Of a stretch of DNA of 64,000 nt, positions 60,992 through 64,000 are shown piece after piece. Under the pieces are notes generated by a model, which made no database searches, was not told where the DNA came from, and saw only the letters and a program-made list of their open reading frames with translations. Where the stretch lies: positions 19,406,001-19,470,000 of the forward strand of contig OZ116699.1 of the NCBI GenBank assembly GCA_964199315.1, in the 5' to 3' direction. The DNA is from Orbicella franksi. Its lineage: Eukaryota. The position numbers and the translations under genes are program-made. Each line of letters starts with the position of its first letter. Positions within the stretch are counted from its first letter, which is position 1.

Positions 60992-61088
60992 TTATTTATT
61001 ATATTTAAGTATCAATTTACTGTCCGAGTTTGTTCCCTAAAGAGTTAACACTTATTTATTAAGCAACCCTAACTATCCTCTGTGAGGA
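60992..61088 (+). promoter_or_regulatory. 3' UTR instability elements of E: two ARE nonamers and a CDE-like stem-loop
   Basis: TTATTTATT at 60992-61000 and 61052-61060; TCCTC-TGT-GAGGA at 61076-61088. Confidence 0.6.
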
Positions 61089-63556
61089 GAAACCAAGTCC
61101 ATAATGAGAATTGTTACTGATCATTGATTATGTTGTAACTGCTATGAAAGATTTCCTACGGAAACTAAACCATTGTAATCTGGCTGTTGTTGTTAAATTA
61201 ACAATAAACTGTTTGATAGTGAATATGGTGTCCATTTTTTTGCACAGCATAGAGAGTCTCGCCATTTTTAGTTTTTCTTAATTAGGAACTCAGATTTAAT
61301 CAACCCACCTTACCCACCCCATTCCGTTCCATTATTTCTTCCCAGCTCTCCCGTTTCTTTAGATCTTTGAAAGGGAAGTCCAATCGCAACTTAGCTTCGT
61401 CATTGTATGCCAGTTGCTGACGTGAACTCTCATTAGATTACAAATGTAAACATCTATGCGCTTAGGTTTACGTTACCAGAGTGAATACTACTTCCGCTGA
61501 AAATAATTTTTTTAACCCGGTTCAACTTCTATTTTATTGTACTGCTGTTTTTGCAGTGACTAGAATAATCATTTTACGTTCAGTCAAGAATAAGAATTAT
61601 TGTGCTGCTTTGGCAGAGTAAACATTACATGCGCTTCCTTTCCAAAAGTGGACATTGCTTGTACTTGCGTTACAAGAGTGGACATTACTTGTTTCACATG
61701 TACAGACACTGTTTGAACCTGCGTTACAAGACTTCGGCCTTTAGCATGTAGTCAGCGCAAAGCATATTTGTTTACTATATCAAATTGCCACAGACAGCTC
61801 ATAGAGGGTTCTCATACTTGTTTGTAAACGCAAGGAGTCATGTTAAGAAACAAATCCAGTTTCGATTCTGATTATGTACAAACGTCCTCTACATTTATCT
61901 GGTTTTATAGATCAATGCAACACCGATAAATTAAATAAGTACTTTTGCATCCTCTGAATTCTGCAAAATAGACAAACAGTTTTATAAATCTGTCTGATCG
62001 TAGTAGAGCTTAAAACGGAGGCAGAACTATTCTTTCAAAACATAGTGTGTATTTGATATGTTTTCGAAAAGGAAGTTTCATCGGCAAGTTTTCAATCGGC
62101 ATGTTCCTCCCAACTGTTTTCGCTTGGACACGACACACCTCTAAAGGTGTTCTAGAGGAATACAGTAACCTTAATATTCCAACATCTAGGTTTTCTGGTG
62201 TAGCTTTCACCGTAGTCTGTACGTAAATATATGTAAGGGTGAAATGACCTGTTGGAAGTGTTTTCAACACCCCTTTGCAATAGAGTTAGAGCATTTTACA
62301 TAATAAATCAAATTATTCTCGCATTTTGAATGACAGACGTATAGTACAGACGTATAGTTGATGTTATTAATATCTTTTTTGTTCCTTTACTGTATTTAAC
62401 AAATAGATTCCTTGTTGCCGAGTGTGTTTTCATTAATAGATCACAGATGGCGCCAAACTGTGGCGTCAATCATGTTTTCTGACAAACTTTCGATCGGCTT
62501 GATCTTGTCTTATTCTGGGCTTTAAGTGATCTTCTCTCCTTCTCTCTCTCTCTCTCTTTTTTTTTCCTTTCATTTTCTTTTTCCCCGATTTTAACCTCCG
62601 GTAATCCCTCTCAAGCTATTTTTGCCCAGTTCATCGACGGATAATGTTACCAGGCGCGTTACGTGAATGTTTTCGTGGTAGATGAGAACAATCGGAAAAT
62701 AAATTTTGCATCACAGGGTTGTTTATTTTTATACCTCCCTCATTTTCCCTGGAATTTCCGAAACCGGGATTCATCTAAAAATGGCTCTGAGGGATTATAT
62801 CCTGTATGAAGGATAACCTCCCTTACTCTTCACCCCGTCTTGTTCTGAACCTTACGATAGGAAATCGAGTTTTTAGTGGGCAAAAACCTTCTACCAGAAA
62901 AATTTTAGGTATTTTACAGTCCTTTTTTTTGCCTGAAATAACACCAAAAACAATTTCCCAAGAAAACTCGAGAAAATAAAATCCAAAGTTCAGAGAACTT
63001 GTGCAAATTCACAGGGAAAATTTCATCATCACTTTCCGCATTTCACCGCTACTTTCAAGTGTTTTACATGAACTTTAGAATTTGTTTTCGACATTCAGTG
63101 TTGTTAAAAATGATTTCTTTTGAGAAGATGTTTTAAAAAAACAGTCACACAGAAGTTTGCAATACAATGTAAATAATCTCGGTACAAAGTTTTTGTACAC
63201 TTGCTACTCAAACTTCTACTGAGTAGATTCCTTCTTAAAAGTTTTATTTGATTTGAAGACTTGTTGGCCACTGAATCTCCCTCTATTGGTTTTACAGTTC
63301 ATTAGAAATTACTTGTTCACATTGCGGCCGAAATAAACGCGAAAGTAAATTATAAAAGGGGATTTTCCGAAGAACACCAGCGACAGTTTTGTCTCCATTC
63401 TTGCTACGGCCATTATATTTACAAAATACCAGCATGATACGAAGTTCGTTTGAGTTCAAAAGCAAGACTCGAAACGGAATGTTTGCCGGACTTGGGCATC
63501 CACATTAACAGCTAAAAATAAGAATAGAAGATCGACAATAAGGAAGGTGTTTTCGT

Positions 63557-64000
63557 GCTGGTATTAATTCATAACTAACGCGCAAGTATAAAACGATATT
63601 TTGTTATGCGGAATCGGTACTATATAATTCTGTAATGCCACAATCCAGGCGTCATATGTCTTCCTCTGTGCCTGAAAAATGTTTTCAAGTAAGGTCAACT
63701 GTCTAAAAATTGGTCGCCTGAGCTACAGCAATTGGTTTAAATCTACTTTGAATGGTAGAATATCGGCAGGCAAGAGTTATACCGCCAAATACAAAATCTC
63801 TCGGGTCGATGACTCTTCGCTTCGACTAGTAGTCTCATAGCTTAGCCGGTTGTCTTAGGGTAGAACACATCCTGTTCCCTGATCACGGTGTAAGTTGTAA
63901 ATGAGGAAACGTTCCTTCCAACTGCAACCAGGAACTCAGTAACAACAGACACGCGGCTTTGCGTCACGAAACAACAAACATCACAAAACGTTTACGGGGT
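63557..64000 (+). repeat. Copy of the region upstream of E (57501-57970), probably upstream of a further paralogue
   Basis: Collinear high similarity ending in ...CGTCACGAAACAACAAACATCA...CGTTTACGGGGT at the window edge; offset about 6,030 bp. Confidence 0.85.

Noticed and set aside
62750-63030. Isolated kB-like strings (TGGAATTTCC, GGGAAAATTT)
   Set aside because: Imperfect, single and embedded in repeat-like DNA; within chance expectation.

Overview
Eukaryotic, AT-rich, intron-containing genomic DNA. The SINE and MITE families look like those of stony corals, but this taxon call is inference. No prokaryotic, rRNA, intact tRNA or CRISPR features were seen. The ORF track misses most real genes because they are spliced, so I reconstructed exons by hand from splice sites. 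(1) 6-13010 (+): the 3' ~1,100 codons of a large modular gene: CAP/SCP domain, a run of symmetric phase-1 Ser/Thr/Pro cassette exons, a 610-codon mucin exon, an EGF domain and a second CAP domain. (2) 22559-60839 (+): a tandem cluster of five paralogues (A-E) encoding secreted, mostly helical 211-215 aa proteins. Each has a non-coding first exon and five coding exons joined only by phase-0 introns; a sixth copy probably starts just past the window. Their exon layout, helix pattern, helix-B and helix-D motifs and a conserved AB-loop/helix-D cysteine pair resemble long-chain four-helix cytokines (IL-6/G-CSF/LIF group). The surrounding non-coding DNA fits the same picture: three ~150-bp tandem arrays carry 11 perfect NF-kB decamers, the B-E promoters share STAT(GAS), AP-1, kB-like and TATA motifs, and the 3' UTRs contain AU-rich nonamers and a CDE-like hairpin. 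This candidate inducible cytokine locus is the main finding; the family assignment needs structure prediction to confirm. (3) Also present: a decayed RTE-type LINE, several MITEs, a SINE, microsatellites and two 200-N scaffold gaps.
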